Below, piece after piece: positions 9,844 to 18,596 of a stretch of 64,000 bases of DNA. This DNA comes from Candidatus Fermentibacteraceae bacterium. Its GTDB lineage: Bacteria; Fermentibacterota; Fermentibacteria; Fermentibacterales; JCC-6. The notes under the pieces are model-generated. The model saw only the letters and a list, made by a program, of their open reading frames with translations, had not been told where the DNA came from and did not search any database. The number at the start of each line of letters is the position of its first letter. The first letter of the stretch is position 1. Where the stretch lies: positions 1 through 64,000 of the forward strand of contig JBGSZS010000009.1 in NCBI GenBank assembly GCA_041750285.1. Reading direction: 5' to 3'. A program made the translations under genes and the position numbers.

Positions 9844-11114
9844 GATGACCGCCTCCTGGCAACGAGAATACCCGTCGTGATTAGCCCCAGGCCAAGAGCC
9901 GTCTGAACGGCGGCTCCGAAAACGCCCGCGGCCCTGTAGCCGAGTATGTCGGGTCCGTTGAGGGCCGGAGAGGCGATGGTGTTCACAAGGGGCGAGCGGG
10001 AGGGTGACCATATCACCGACTGCCTTCCGGCGGTGTGGAAGTGGTCGGGACCGAGACTCCTCTCGAGCGCGTTGGTGTCGGTAAAACCGGCAAGAAGTGA
10101 TACCGCAAGGGCAGGAACTGCCAGGACGGCGAAAGCCCTTCCGCCTGCGCCGGGTTCCAGAAGGGGAAGGAACAGAAGAGGCAGGGCGTGGAAGAGAAAT
10201 CTGGGGCCCCAGCCGGTTCCGCCGGTCCAGTCGTAAAGGAAACCGTGCAGCAGGAGGGAGAGCACGAAGGGAAGCCACAGTCTTGGATTCCTGCAGGAAA
10301 CCGCCGCGGCGACCCACATGGGCGCGTACCACAGAAGCCCCTTACCGGGGCTGAAGAGAAGGCCCACAATGCCAATGGAACCTGGGTTGACCGCCATGGC
10401 CGGGTCCTGGCCGTGGCCGTCGTCGAAAACGCCGCCGAACCGGTAATGGTTGTACGCCATTACAATGAGCGCAAAAGGGATCAGAGCCCTGAAAAAGGTC
10501 AGGTAACCTCGCTTCTCGCCGGCGCCCATCCAGTAAACGGGCAGCAGGAGAACCGAGTCCAGTCTTACAAGGATGGCCGCACCAAGGAGAACTCCCGCCG
10601 CAAAAAACCGCCTGCGGTGCATGAAAACGGCTCCCCACAATGCAAAGGCGGTTGCGGCAGTAACGTCGTATGGCATCCTGCCATAGACGAGTCCCATGCA
10701 TCCAAGCATCACGGGAACAAGACGGCGGCGGTCTATCCTGCCGAAAAAACCCCTGCCCAGAGCGTCCATGGAATAAAGCAGTGCAATGCTTGCGAACGCC
10801 CCGATGGCGGCTCCGGTAACCTTGCCCGAAGGCTCTCCCAGCAGAAGCCCGACACCGGCTGCGGGAAGCATGACCAGTGAATATCCGATCCCGTGGGGAA
10901 CGTAGGATTCCGACTGAACACCGCGGACCGTCCACCCGCAATCAGCCGTGAAAAGGGGCCTGGCACCCAGAAGTGATTCGGCCACCTGGTACTGGGCCGC
11001 GACATCGGTTGTAAAAAGCCTGCCCCCGAACACCAGAGCCAGCAGCCCCGCCCAGATGATCCCCGGACCAAGGGCGCCGCTGCCGATCAGGCGCCGGTCA
11101 GACCTTACCGACAA
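9840..11114 (-). CDS. Multi-pass membrane protein, probable GT-C fold glycosyltransferase
   Basis: Multiple TM helices; YNHYRFG, GLLFSPGKGLLWYAP and WGPRFL motifs; located in a polysaccharide operon. Confidence 0.65.
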   Translation of the reverse strand: MSVRSDRRLIGSGALGPGIIWAGLLALVFGGRLFTTDVAAQYQVAESLLGARPLFTADCGWTVRGVQSESYVPHGIGYSLVMLPAAGVGLLLGEPSGKVTGAAIGAFASIALLYSMDALGRGFFGRIDRRRLVPVMLGCMGLVYGRMPYDVTAATAFALWGAVFMHRRRFFAAGVLLGAAILVRLDSVLLLPVYWMGAGEKRGYLTFFRALIPFALIVMAYNHYRFGGVFDDGHGQDPAMAVNPGSIGIVGLLFSPGKGLLWYAPMWVAAAVSCRNPRLWLPFVLSLLLHGFLYDWTGGTGWGPRFLFHALPLLFLPLLEPGAGGRAFAVLAVPALAVSLLAGFTDTNALERSLGPDHFHTAGRQSVIWSPSRSPLVNTIASPALNGPDILGYRAAGVFGAAVQTALGLGLITTGILVARRRSS

Positions 11115-12072
11115 AGGTATTCCTGAATCGTCCCCGGGCGGTGAAGCTCTCCTTGAACCTGCAGAGACCGTGGTTCACTTCCCCGTTCAGGGTGAAGGTG
11201 CCAAGGTCAAGATGGCTGTAGCCCATCTGACGCGCCCACTCGATCACTTCCCGGTAAACCAGGTTCACGGGCCTGCGGGACTGGTGTTTCTCATTGTGGC
11301 TGATGTAGAAGGCCAGGGTGACCCTGGTGTTGGCATGAAACATGATCATTCCCGCCAGGACCTCTCCGTTTTCGTCAACGGTCGTGAATTGCCTGATCTT
11401 CTCGCTTCCAAGAAGCTCCTCAAGCCTCTTAAGCTCTTCCAGCGTGTGTGTGGGCCTGACTCCGTGACGATCCTTCAGGTTGTCGGCAAGTACGGGGTAG
11501 AAACGGGAATAATCCCTGTCCTCACAAACCCTGAGGCCCGATTTCAAAGCTTTCCTTACTCCTCGCCGGGCGGATTCCCTGAAGGCCAGGTCTATCTCCT
11601 CACCGAGCCGCCTGAGGTCGATAACCGCCGTGAGTTCGCGCTTGGAGCAGGTGAACCCATGATTGTACAGCACGAAATCGATGTAGTTGTGGGGTCTGCG
11701 GAAATACACCGACGGAGGGATGGTCATCTCCACCATGCCGTAACCGCGGGCGCGGCAATGATCGAAAAGGGCATCCACAAGGCTTTCCACAAGCGAGAGC
11801 GAAGCATCATCCTCGAAGACCGGACCTCCGTAGGAAGCGCCCGGGTAGCTTCGGAACCAGGTGACACCGTCACGGTCGGAAAGGGCTCCGGGAATCACCG
11901 CGACCATCCTGCCGTCTTCATCCTCCGCCACGAGGTGTTCGTTCCTGAATCGTCCCTCGGGATGGTAGTCGAGAAAGGCGGGAAGGTGAAAGATCGTACC
12001 GTTGTTGGACCTTAGTACGAAATCGGTCCAGTTCTGCCTGTCATCGGGCGAGGCGGTGCGTATGCGCAGCAT
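11098..12072 (-). CDS. FemAB-like double-GNAT acyl/aminoacyl transferase
   Basis: NGTIFH, SYPGASYGGP, RRGVRKA, PTHTLEEL, LDLGT, GLCRFKESF. Confidence 0.85.
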   Translation of the reverse strand: MLRIRTASPDDRQNWTDFVLRSNNGTIFHLPAFLDYHPEGRFRNEHLVAEDEDGRMVAVIPGALSDRDGVTWFRSYPGASYGGPVFEDDASLSLVESLVDALFDHCRARGYGMVEMTIPPSVYFRRPHNYIDFVLYNHGFTCSKRELTAVIDLRRLGEEIDLAFRESARRGVRKALKSGLRVCEDRDYSRFYPVLADNLKDRHGVRPTHTLEELKRLEELLGSEKIRQFTTVDENGEVLAGMIMFHANTRVTLAFYISHNEKHQSRRPVNLVYREVIEWARQMGYSHLDLGTFTLNGEVNHGLCRFKESFTARGRFRNTFVGKV

Positions 12073-14306
12073 CAGCGAACCACTGCAATTCTGGAGGGAA
12101 TGACCGAATCACCGTACGAAACCAGTACCATGTATACACCCGAGGCGGCCCTAGCGCTCTGGAACTCTCCATTCCAACTCCACTGGGCGGGTGTTTCAGC
12201 CTCGATCGCGTCAAGGTATACCCCCCCGATCGTATAGAACTCGACCCTTACGGGTAGCTGGCCGTTCGTTCCAGTGAGCCGCAATTCACCCTCTGACGGA
12301 AGGTAGGGCTGAGGATAGAAAACGGGGCCCGACGTTTCCCCTCCCCCACCAGGGGTGGAGATCGTCCAGATACCGTTTTCCGAAGAGAAAAGCACTTCAC
12401 CGGTCGCTGGAACCGTGATGGCGAACTCCTGTCCGGGTCTCGAATAGGGGATGTAACTGGAGTTGGCCGCGTCGTACCAGTAGACCTGGTTGCCGTCGAT
12501 GCAGCTCACACCGGAATTGCCGATGCACCATATCCTTCCGGCACCATCCACTGCCAGGGCCTTGACCGAGCCCTCGACCCCGCTGACGGAGACGAACCCG
12601 CCGGAGGCATACCTGGCCAGACCTGATGAGGTGCCTGCGTACACACCCCTGCCAGGAACGGCAAGCACGCAGTAAACCTCGCTGGAGGGAAGGCCGCTTG
12701 TGACCGTATAGGCCTGATTGGGACCCGGATACCATTCGTCCCCGGACGGGTCGGCCGGGTCGCCCGAGTGTACGAGAAGCTGACACCCCTGACTCTCGGT
12801 GAACGTGAGCCACAGACTGTCTGCGCCCTGGGGAAAAACACCCCTTACGTTCCTGACGGCAAGACCTTCCGAAGGTGTTCTGACAGCCCAGATCATCTCG
12901 CCCTCGGGATCCCCCCGGAACCCGGTGATGCCACTGGGGTAATCGGGCGGCGAGGTGAAATGCAGTTCATGGGCAGCCCAGACGCCGGCTCCCTGTCTTG
13001 CAAGCATGTTGACCTGGTTGTTCACAATGCCCGAAGGCACGATTATGGTCGTCGGCGGGACAGGCAGACCCAGGGAATCCCGGACGAATGTCAGAAGCCG
13101 GTCGTCGGAGGAATCCAGTGTGCCGTTGTCCCATATCCATGTGAGCCCGTAATGGTAACTGGCGGCCCACACTCCCGGGCCTGCCCAGTCAGAGACGGCG
13201 AATACCTGCTGGTTGTTGGGAAACCCGCAGTTCTGGGAGGTGAAGGCTCCCCACCCCTGATCAGGAAAGTAAACCTGGGTTCCCCTGATGTAGGTTCCGG
13301 AATAGATCCTGCCCTCCTGGTCCCTGGCGATCTGATAAACGCTTGAACAGTGCATTCCGGGAACGACGTCGATTACCCATTCATCGCCCTGCCGGTACAG
13401 GATGCCCCTTCCCGCAACCTCCATCCGGGGGTCGGCGACTCCGTACCCCATCCAGAGCCGGTCATCGACATTCCGAAGGAAACTGGGTGCGATGTCGTTC
13501 GGGATCGGCGGGGCCAGAACCGCCCATCTGCCGTCAGTGTACTGCAGAACCGCACCGTTCCTCGCGGCGACAATCCGCCCGTCAAGTTCCGCCACGCCGG
13601 TAACTATGGTATCAGGCGCAGATGTGTAGTCGAGTATCAGCCTGAAGTCATCGTTGCCGGGGGACAGAAGTGTCACACCGGCGGTCCCGTAGGCGCAGAC
13701 TCCGGGAGATGTGATCTCGATTCCCTTTAGCGTCAGGTTCGCGGTGGACTCCCATTTCTTCCAGGCATCGGGGTCGAAAGGCGACATTCCCGTGTCGAGG
13801 GAGAACACTCCCCGATCCGTGACCATCCAGATCGAATCGGAGCGAACGGCCATTCCATATACCCTGTCCGCATCGAAAACCGTCCCCTCCACTATGGGAA
13901 TGAAGCCCTGGGAGTCACCGCGGGCAAGCCCCCCGTCACTTCCCACCCAGACATAACCCGCGGCCTCGGCGATGGAGTAGACCACTCCGCTTCCGGGAAT
14001 GCCCTCGAAAGGTGTGAACACGGTGGACTGACCCTCGTGCATGAACACTAGACCCCGTTCGGTGGCAATCCAGAGGTCATCCGCGGAATCCTGCATGACA
14101 TCACGGGTTCTCGGGTGGGGAAGCTCGTCGGGATAGCTCAGGGTTTCCACAACACCCTCACCGGCTCGATACCGCAGAACGCCACCGGTTGTGGCGCACC
14201 AGATGCCGCCCTGACCGTCGGAACAAACGGAACGGATAAATGTGGTGGATGTTGCAAGATCCCACGTGGGAGAGAGGGCCATGAACAGACAGAGCATTGG
14301 AATCAT
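12072..14306 (-). CDS. Second PorZ-like beta-propeller with T9SS-type C-terminal domain (paralog of 2444-4588)
   Basis: Signal peptide MIPMLCLFMALS from 14306. Shares P.NNQ(V/I)FAV, AAS(Y/W)HYG(L/V)TW and GLPS..V with the paralog. C-terminal FYPQPY...WNG...ASGVY. Confidence 0.75.
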   Translation of the reverse strand: MIPMLCLFMALSPTWDLATSTTFIRSVCSDGQGGIWCATTGGVLRYRAGEGVVETLSYPDELPHPRTRDVMQDSADDLWIATERGLVFMHEGQSTVFTPFEGIPGSGVVYSIAEAAGYVWVGSDGGLARGDSQGFIPIVEGTVFDADRVYGMAVRSDSIWMVTDRGVFSLDTGMSPFDPDAWKKWESTANLTLKGIEITSPGVCAYGTAGVTLLSPGNDDFRLILDYTSAPDTIVTGVAELDGRIVAARNGAVLQYTDGRWAVLAPPIPNDIAPSFLRNVDDRLWMGYGVADPRMEVAGRGILYRQGDEWVIDVVPGMHCSSVYQIARDQEGRIYSGTYIRGTQVYFPDQGWGAFTSQNCGFPNNQQVFAVSDWAGPGVWAASYHYGLTWIWDNGTLDSSDDRLLTFVRDSLGLPVPPTTIIVPSGIVNNQVNMLARQGAGVWAAHELHFTSPPDYPSGITGFRGDPEGEMIWAVRTPSEGLAVRNVRGVFPQGADSLWLTFTESQGCQLLVHSGDPADPSGDEWYPGPNQAYTVTSGLPSSEVYCVLAVPGRGVYAGTSSGLARYASGGFVSVSGVEGSVKALAVDGAGRIWCIGNSGVSCIDGNQVYWYDAANSSYIPYSRPGQEFAITVPATGEVLFSSENGIWTISTPGGGGETSGPVFYPQPYLPSEGELRLTGTNGQLPVRVEFYTIGGVYLDAIEAETPAQWSWNGEFQSARAASGVYMVLVSYGDSVIPSRIAVVR

Positions 14307-14317
14307 TGCAGGACCTT

Positions 14318-15025
14318 TCAGAACAGCCAGGGAAACCGCAGGTGCCAGACCATCCAGACTGCTTCCCAGACGATTGACTTTGACATTTTGCTCGAGCCCG
14401 AGTGCCGGTCTACGAACACGATGGGAACCTCGGTAACCCTGCATCCTTTTTTATGAAGCTTGTATGTGACTTCGATCTGAAAAGAGTAGCCGTCGGATTT
14501 TATCCCGTTCAGGTCAAGAAGGGCCAGGGCATTCCTGCGGAATGCCTTGAAACCTCCGGTCGCATCCTTCACGGGCAGTCCCGTAACTATCTTGGTGTAC
14601 ATATTGGCGCAGTACGACAGAAGAAGCCTGGACAGGGGCCAGTTCACAACGTTCACACCGTTCGAGTAGCGCGAGCCGATGGCGAAGTCGTACTCGTCCA
14701 GGGCCTGTACCAGCAGAGGCACACGCTGGGGATCGTGTGAGAAGTCTGCGTCCATCTGAACCACCGGGTCGTAGTCGCCGTTTGAAAGAGCCCATCGGAA
14801 GCCAGCGACGTAGGCCTGACCCAGGCCGCTCTTCACGGGCCGGGACAGGAGGTGAACCCTTCCGGTGTCGGCGAAGCCAAGAACTACATCGCCGGTTCCG
14901 TCAGGGCTCGAGTCGTCCACGACGAGAACATCGGGGGCAAGGGGAAGGTCGAGCAGCACCGGCAGGAGTTCAGCTATATTCCTGACTTCATTGTAGGTGG
15001 GTACGATAATCAGGGTTCTGCCCAC
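14318..15025 (-). CDS. Polyprenol monophosphomannose synthase (DPM1-like GT2)
   Basis: IIVPTYNE, VVDDSSPDGT, GLGQAYVAGF, QMDADFSHDP, DATGGFKAFRR, GYSFQIE. GTG start at 15025. Confidence 0.92.
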   Translation of the reverse strand: MGRTLIIVPTYNEVRNIAELLPVLLDLPLAPDVLVVDDSSPDGTGDVVLGFADTGRVHLLSRPVKSGLGQAYVAGFRWALSNGDYDPVVQMDADFSHDPQRVPLLVQALDEYDFAIGSRYSNGVNVVNWPLSRLLLSYCANMYTKIVTGLPVKDATGGFKAFRRNALALLDLNGIKSDGYSFQIEVTYKLHKKGCRVTEVPIVFVDRHSGSSKMSKSIVWEAVWMVWHLRFPWLF

Positions 15026-15083
15026 GAGCCCGCCTTTCGATGAATGTTTTAACCAATATAACCCCGCGGACGGGAAGAGGAAA

Positions 15084-16133
15084 TTGTTGAGAACACCCCT
15101 TGCCCTCCTTCTGCCTTTGCTTATGGCCACGGCCCAGGTCCGGGCTCTCTCCGTATTCCCGGTTCTGGGCTACAGTTCCTCCACGGGCTTCATAATGGGC
15201 GGAAACGCTGTTGAGCCCATCCTCACACCGGACAGTCTCCAGACAGGGATCTACACCCTCGGCATCATTTACGGGACGACGGGAATGGTTTCCGTGAGGG
15301 CTGACGGAGCAGGGGCCCTGGCCACGGGAAGCAGGCAATGCTCGCTTTCCTATGAAAGGCTCATGGGAAGGAACTGGTTTGGCTGGGGCAACGACACCCA
15401 CCCTGATACCACGGCGGAGATGGACTACGAAAAACAGAGCATCTCCGTTCTTTTCGGCAGGGCTCTTGCCCGGGGCCTTCTTCTCCATGCCGGTGTCTCC
15501 GTCAGGCATTCATCGGTGTACGGACGCCAGGAGAGCACGTTGTGGGATGAGACCCCTTCCCGTGAGTTCGGTTCGACCTGGACGTTCGGCCCGGACGCGG
15601 GAGTGACGCTTAATCGCGGCCTGCCCGGCGAACCGCGATACTCGGCAGGGCTCACTGGTGCCCTGCAGACCGGATCCGTTACCTACGGCAGCATTACGGG
15701 AAGGTTTTCCGCCTGGCTTCCCGCACCTGGCGGGCTGGAGATTGGCCTTGCCCTCAGGGCTTCCCGCCACTACGGCGCAGACCGCACCCCCACACCTTAC
15801 GCTCCGTGCATCGGCGAGTCACAGGGCTTCAGGGGTTACAGCGATTTCCGGTTCACGGGACCGGTCTGGATTCTCTGCTCGGCAGAGGCAAGAAAAATGC
15901 TGGCAAGCTTCGATATGCCGGTTCTGGACCGTCCATGGCAGGCCGGGCTGGCGGTTTTCGCCGATGCGGGTCAGGTCGCGGAATCATTCCGGGGGCTGGG
16001 TGCGAAGAGATTCCACTTCGATTCGGGAGTGGGTCTGAGGCTCCTCACCGGCGACAATCTCATGTTGAAAATTGACGGCGCATGGGGCGATGAAGGCCTG
16101 ACGGTCGGCGCCGGGATTGAGCATCCGTTCTAA
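15084..16133 (+). CDS. Omp85/BamA-TamA-family outer-membrane barrel protein without POTRA domains
   Basis: Signal peptide; FPVLGYSSSTG; FRGY..FRF (VRGY-like); VFADAGQV; GVGLR; C-terminal Phe. TTG start at 15084 or 15087. Confidence 0.8.
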   Translation: MLRTPLALLLPLLMATAQVRALSVFPVLGYSSSTGFIMGGNAVEPILTPDSLQTGIYTLGIIYGTTGMVSVRADGAGALATGSRQCSLSYERLMGRNWFGWGNDTHPDTTAEMDYEKQSISVLFGRALARGLLLHAGVSVRHSSVYGRQESTLWDETPSREFGSTWTFGPDAGVTLNRGLPGEPRYSAGLTGALQTGSVTYGSITGRFSAWLPAPGGLEIGLALRASRHYGADRTPTPYAPCIGESQGFRGYSDFRFTGPVWILCSAEARKMLASFDMPVLDRPWQAGLAVFADAGQVAESFRGLGAKRFHFDSGVGLRLLTGDNLMLKIDGAWGDEGLTVGAGIEHPF

Positions 16134-16148
16134 CAGTAGGGAGACAAT

Positions 16149-18473
16149 ATGAAAAGGCTCTGTCTGTCCATTCTCCTTTGTTCACTTCCGGCACTGGCAC
16201 TTCCCCTTGATCCCCTTCCGGGCAATCCGGTTCCGTTCCGGTTCAGCGCGTACCCCGAGGCTTCGGGCGCACTCTACACCAATCCGGCCGGATTCCCGTG
16301 GCTGAAATGTCAGGATCTGGCTGTGACATGGTCATTCACCGACTCCACCTGGGAGGGGTTCGACGGCGTAAGCATGCAGGGCACCCAGGGTGGTCTGGGC
16401 GGCTGGTGGGAAGACAGGGCCGACCTCCGGCGCTTCGACACCGCGGCAGGGTTCAGGGTCAACGACCTGTTCACACTGGGAACGGGCTTCTCATGGTTCG
16501 ACCCCACGGTCGATGACCACCCCCTTGACGGGGCGACTTTCCTGACAGCCGGAGCCTGTGTAAGGCCTTCCAACAGGTTGGGGCTTGGTCTGTCCTGGAG
16601 AAGCAAGGTACGTGACTACGACCAGCACATGTCGGCAGGACTGGCACTGCGCCCGGTCGGCAACCTGTTCACAGTGACCGCTGACTGGGCCTGGAGCGAC
16701 TGGGGTCTCGACGACGGAAACTGGCAGGCCGGTCTTGAAGCCGTTCCGGCACCTGGTTTCACTCTCAGGGGTGCCTTCTCCGAGGACATGGTGACCGCGG
16801 GAGTGCAGGTGGACTTCCAGAGAGGGGGTGTCAGGGGAGCCACGGTGATCGACGACGGTTCATACCTGGGTGGAACGGGTTCCATCATCATACGGAGCGA
16901 CAACGCACCAAGCGTGCTGAACACCTCGGGCAGGTTCATCGAATACTGCGCCGACAACTCTTCGGAAGAACCGTCAAGAAGGTTCCTGGGGCCCAGGACG
17001 CCTTCTTTCTCCGAGCAGATGGTCCTCCTGAGGAGGGCTGCGCAGGACCCCGATGTGCCTGGTCTGCTCGTTGATTACTCCGATTTCTCACTGAACGCAG
17101 CACAGACCGAGGAACTCAGGGAGGTCATGGTGCGCTTCCGGGGGGCGGGCAAACCGGTCTACGCCTTCATGGAGTACGGGAACACTGCATCATTCTACAG
17201 CGCTTCGGTGGCGGAAAAGATCTGCATGCACCCGGCCGGACAGATAAGCATCAACGGATTCACCTCCTACACGCCCTTCCTCAGGGGTCTTCTTGACAGG
17301 CTCGGCATCTTCCCGGACCTGATGCACATCGGTGATTTCAAGAGCGCCAGCGACATGCTGACGCGCACCGACATGACCGACGCGCAAAGGGAGGCAACGC
17401 AGGCTCTGCTTGAAGGCGCAAGGGAGGAGATCATCCGCGGTCTGGCCGACGGCAGGGGCTTCGAGCCGGCGCAGGCTCGTGCACTTTTCGAGAACTCACC
17501 GTACTGGGGGGCCAGGGCAAGGCAGATCAGCCTTGTCGACACGCTGCTTCATCCCGACCAGTTCCATGGCTTCGTGGAGGAGCAGGAGGGCAGGGCAGTA
17601 TCCGTGATGTCCCCGGAAGACTACGAATCCAGCATACCGACGGAGACCGAATGGCTTCCCGACCCAAGGGTGGCGATCGTCGTCGCAACCGGCAACATCA
17701 TCAACGGGCAGAGCGGCGGTTCGTTGATGGGTCAGAACATGGGCAGTGAAACCATTGAGGGTCTTCTGGAATGTGCCGCCTCAACTCCGGGAGTGAAGGC
17801 GATCGTACTTCGGATCGACTCCGGCGGCGGAGATGCCATGGCCAGCGACGACATGTACAGGGCGGTCCAGCGGATCCGCGAGAGGATGCCGGTCGTTGTA
17901 AGCATGGGTTCGGTCGCGGCCAGCGGCGGCTACTACATGGCTTGCGGGGCCGATGCCATCTTCGCCGACAGGATGACGGTAACCGGCTCAATCGGCATTA
18001 TCACCGGCAAATTCGTTTTCGGCGACCTTCTTGACAGGATCGGGATAAATGTGGAGACCGTCTCTGTGGATCCCGCGGGAAGCCCGGGAAACCCCTTCGA
18101 GCCGTACACGGAAGAGGAATGGCAAAGGGAGTTTGACGCGATGAGGGGCGGTTACGACTTGTTCGTCGGCACAGTGGCCGAGGGCAGGAACATGACTTTC
18201 GACCAGGTCGATTCAATTGGACAGGGACGTGTATGGTCCGGTTCGGATGCTCTCGAGCTCGGGCTCGTTGACTACAATGGCGGAGTTGCCGACGCCGTCA
18301 TGCATGCCGCCGGGCTGGCAGGCATCACCCGGGGTTTTCCCCGGATCGTGGTGTTCCCCGAACCCTCATTGGTGGGCTCCTTCGATACCGGCATCCCTTC
18401 CCTCTCCACCCTCGCCAGCCACCCTCTTTTCACCGGTGGAGGCTACCTCTATCTGGGGGACGGACTTAGATAA
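16149..18473 (+). CDS. sppA: Signal peptide peptidase SppA (protease IV, S49) with an N-terminal beta-barrel-like extension
   Basis: GDFKSA, LRIDSGGG, VVSMGSVAASGGYY, TGSIG, GQGRVWSG..ALELGLVD. The first ~255 aa carry an LYTNPAG motif and alternating beta-strand pattern. Confidence 0.88.
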   Translation: MKRLCLSILLCSLPALALPLDPLPGNPVPFRFSAYPEASGALYTNPAGFPWLKCQDLAVTWSFTDSTWEGFDGVSMQGTQGGLGGWWEDRADLRRFDTAAGFRVNDLFTLGTGFSWFDPTVDDHPLDGATFLTAGACVRPSNRLGLGLSWRSKVRDYDQHMSAGLALRPVGNLFTVTADWAWSDWGLDDGNWQAGLEAVPAPGFTLRGAFSEDMVTAGVQVDFQRGGVRGATVIDDGSYLGGTGSIIIRSDNAPSVLNTSGRFIEYCADNSSEEPSRRFLGPRTPSFSEQMVLLRRAAQDPDVPGLLVDYSDFSLNAAQTEELREVMVRFRGAGKPVYAFMEYGNTASFYSASVAEKICMHPAGQISINGFTSYTPFLRGLLDRLGIFPDLMHIGDFKSASDMLTRTDMTDAQREATQALLEGAREEIIRGLADGRGFEPAQARALFENSPYWGARARQISLVDTLLHPDQFHGFVEEQEGRAVSVMSPEDYESSIPTETEWLPDPRVAIVVATGNIINGQSGGSLMGQNMGSETIEGLLECAASTPGVKAIVLRIDSGGGDAMASDDMYRAVQRIRERMPVVVSMGSVAASGGYYMACGADAIFADRMTVTGSIGIITGKFVFGDLLDRIGINVETVSVDPAGSPGNPFEPYTEEEWQREFDAMRGGYDLFVGTVAEGRNMTFDQVDSIGQGRVWSGSDALELGLVDYNGGVADAVMHAAGLAGITRGFPRIVVFPEPSLVGSFDTGIPSLSTLASHPLFTGGGYLYLGDGLR

Positions 18474-18596
18474 CTTAGTTTGTTGCAGTAAGAAGCAGCG
18501 CACCAATCACTTGACAACAGTGCGCTGCTTCATTTCACATAGTGTTGCAGGCGTGGTACTTACTGCAACAAACTAAGTTATCTAAGTCCGTCCCCC
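18455..18596. repeat. 38-bp perfect inverted repeat (18455-18492 / 18559-18596) with a nested 12-bp IR; REP/REPIN- or MITE-like; likely bidirectional terminator
   Basis: GGGGGACGGACTTAGATAACTTAGTTTGTTGCAGTAAG and its exact reverse complement. Inner arms GAAGCAGCGCAC (18492-18503) and GTGCGCTGCTTC (18520-18531). Confidence 0.92.
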
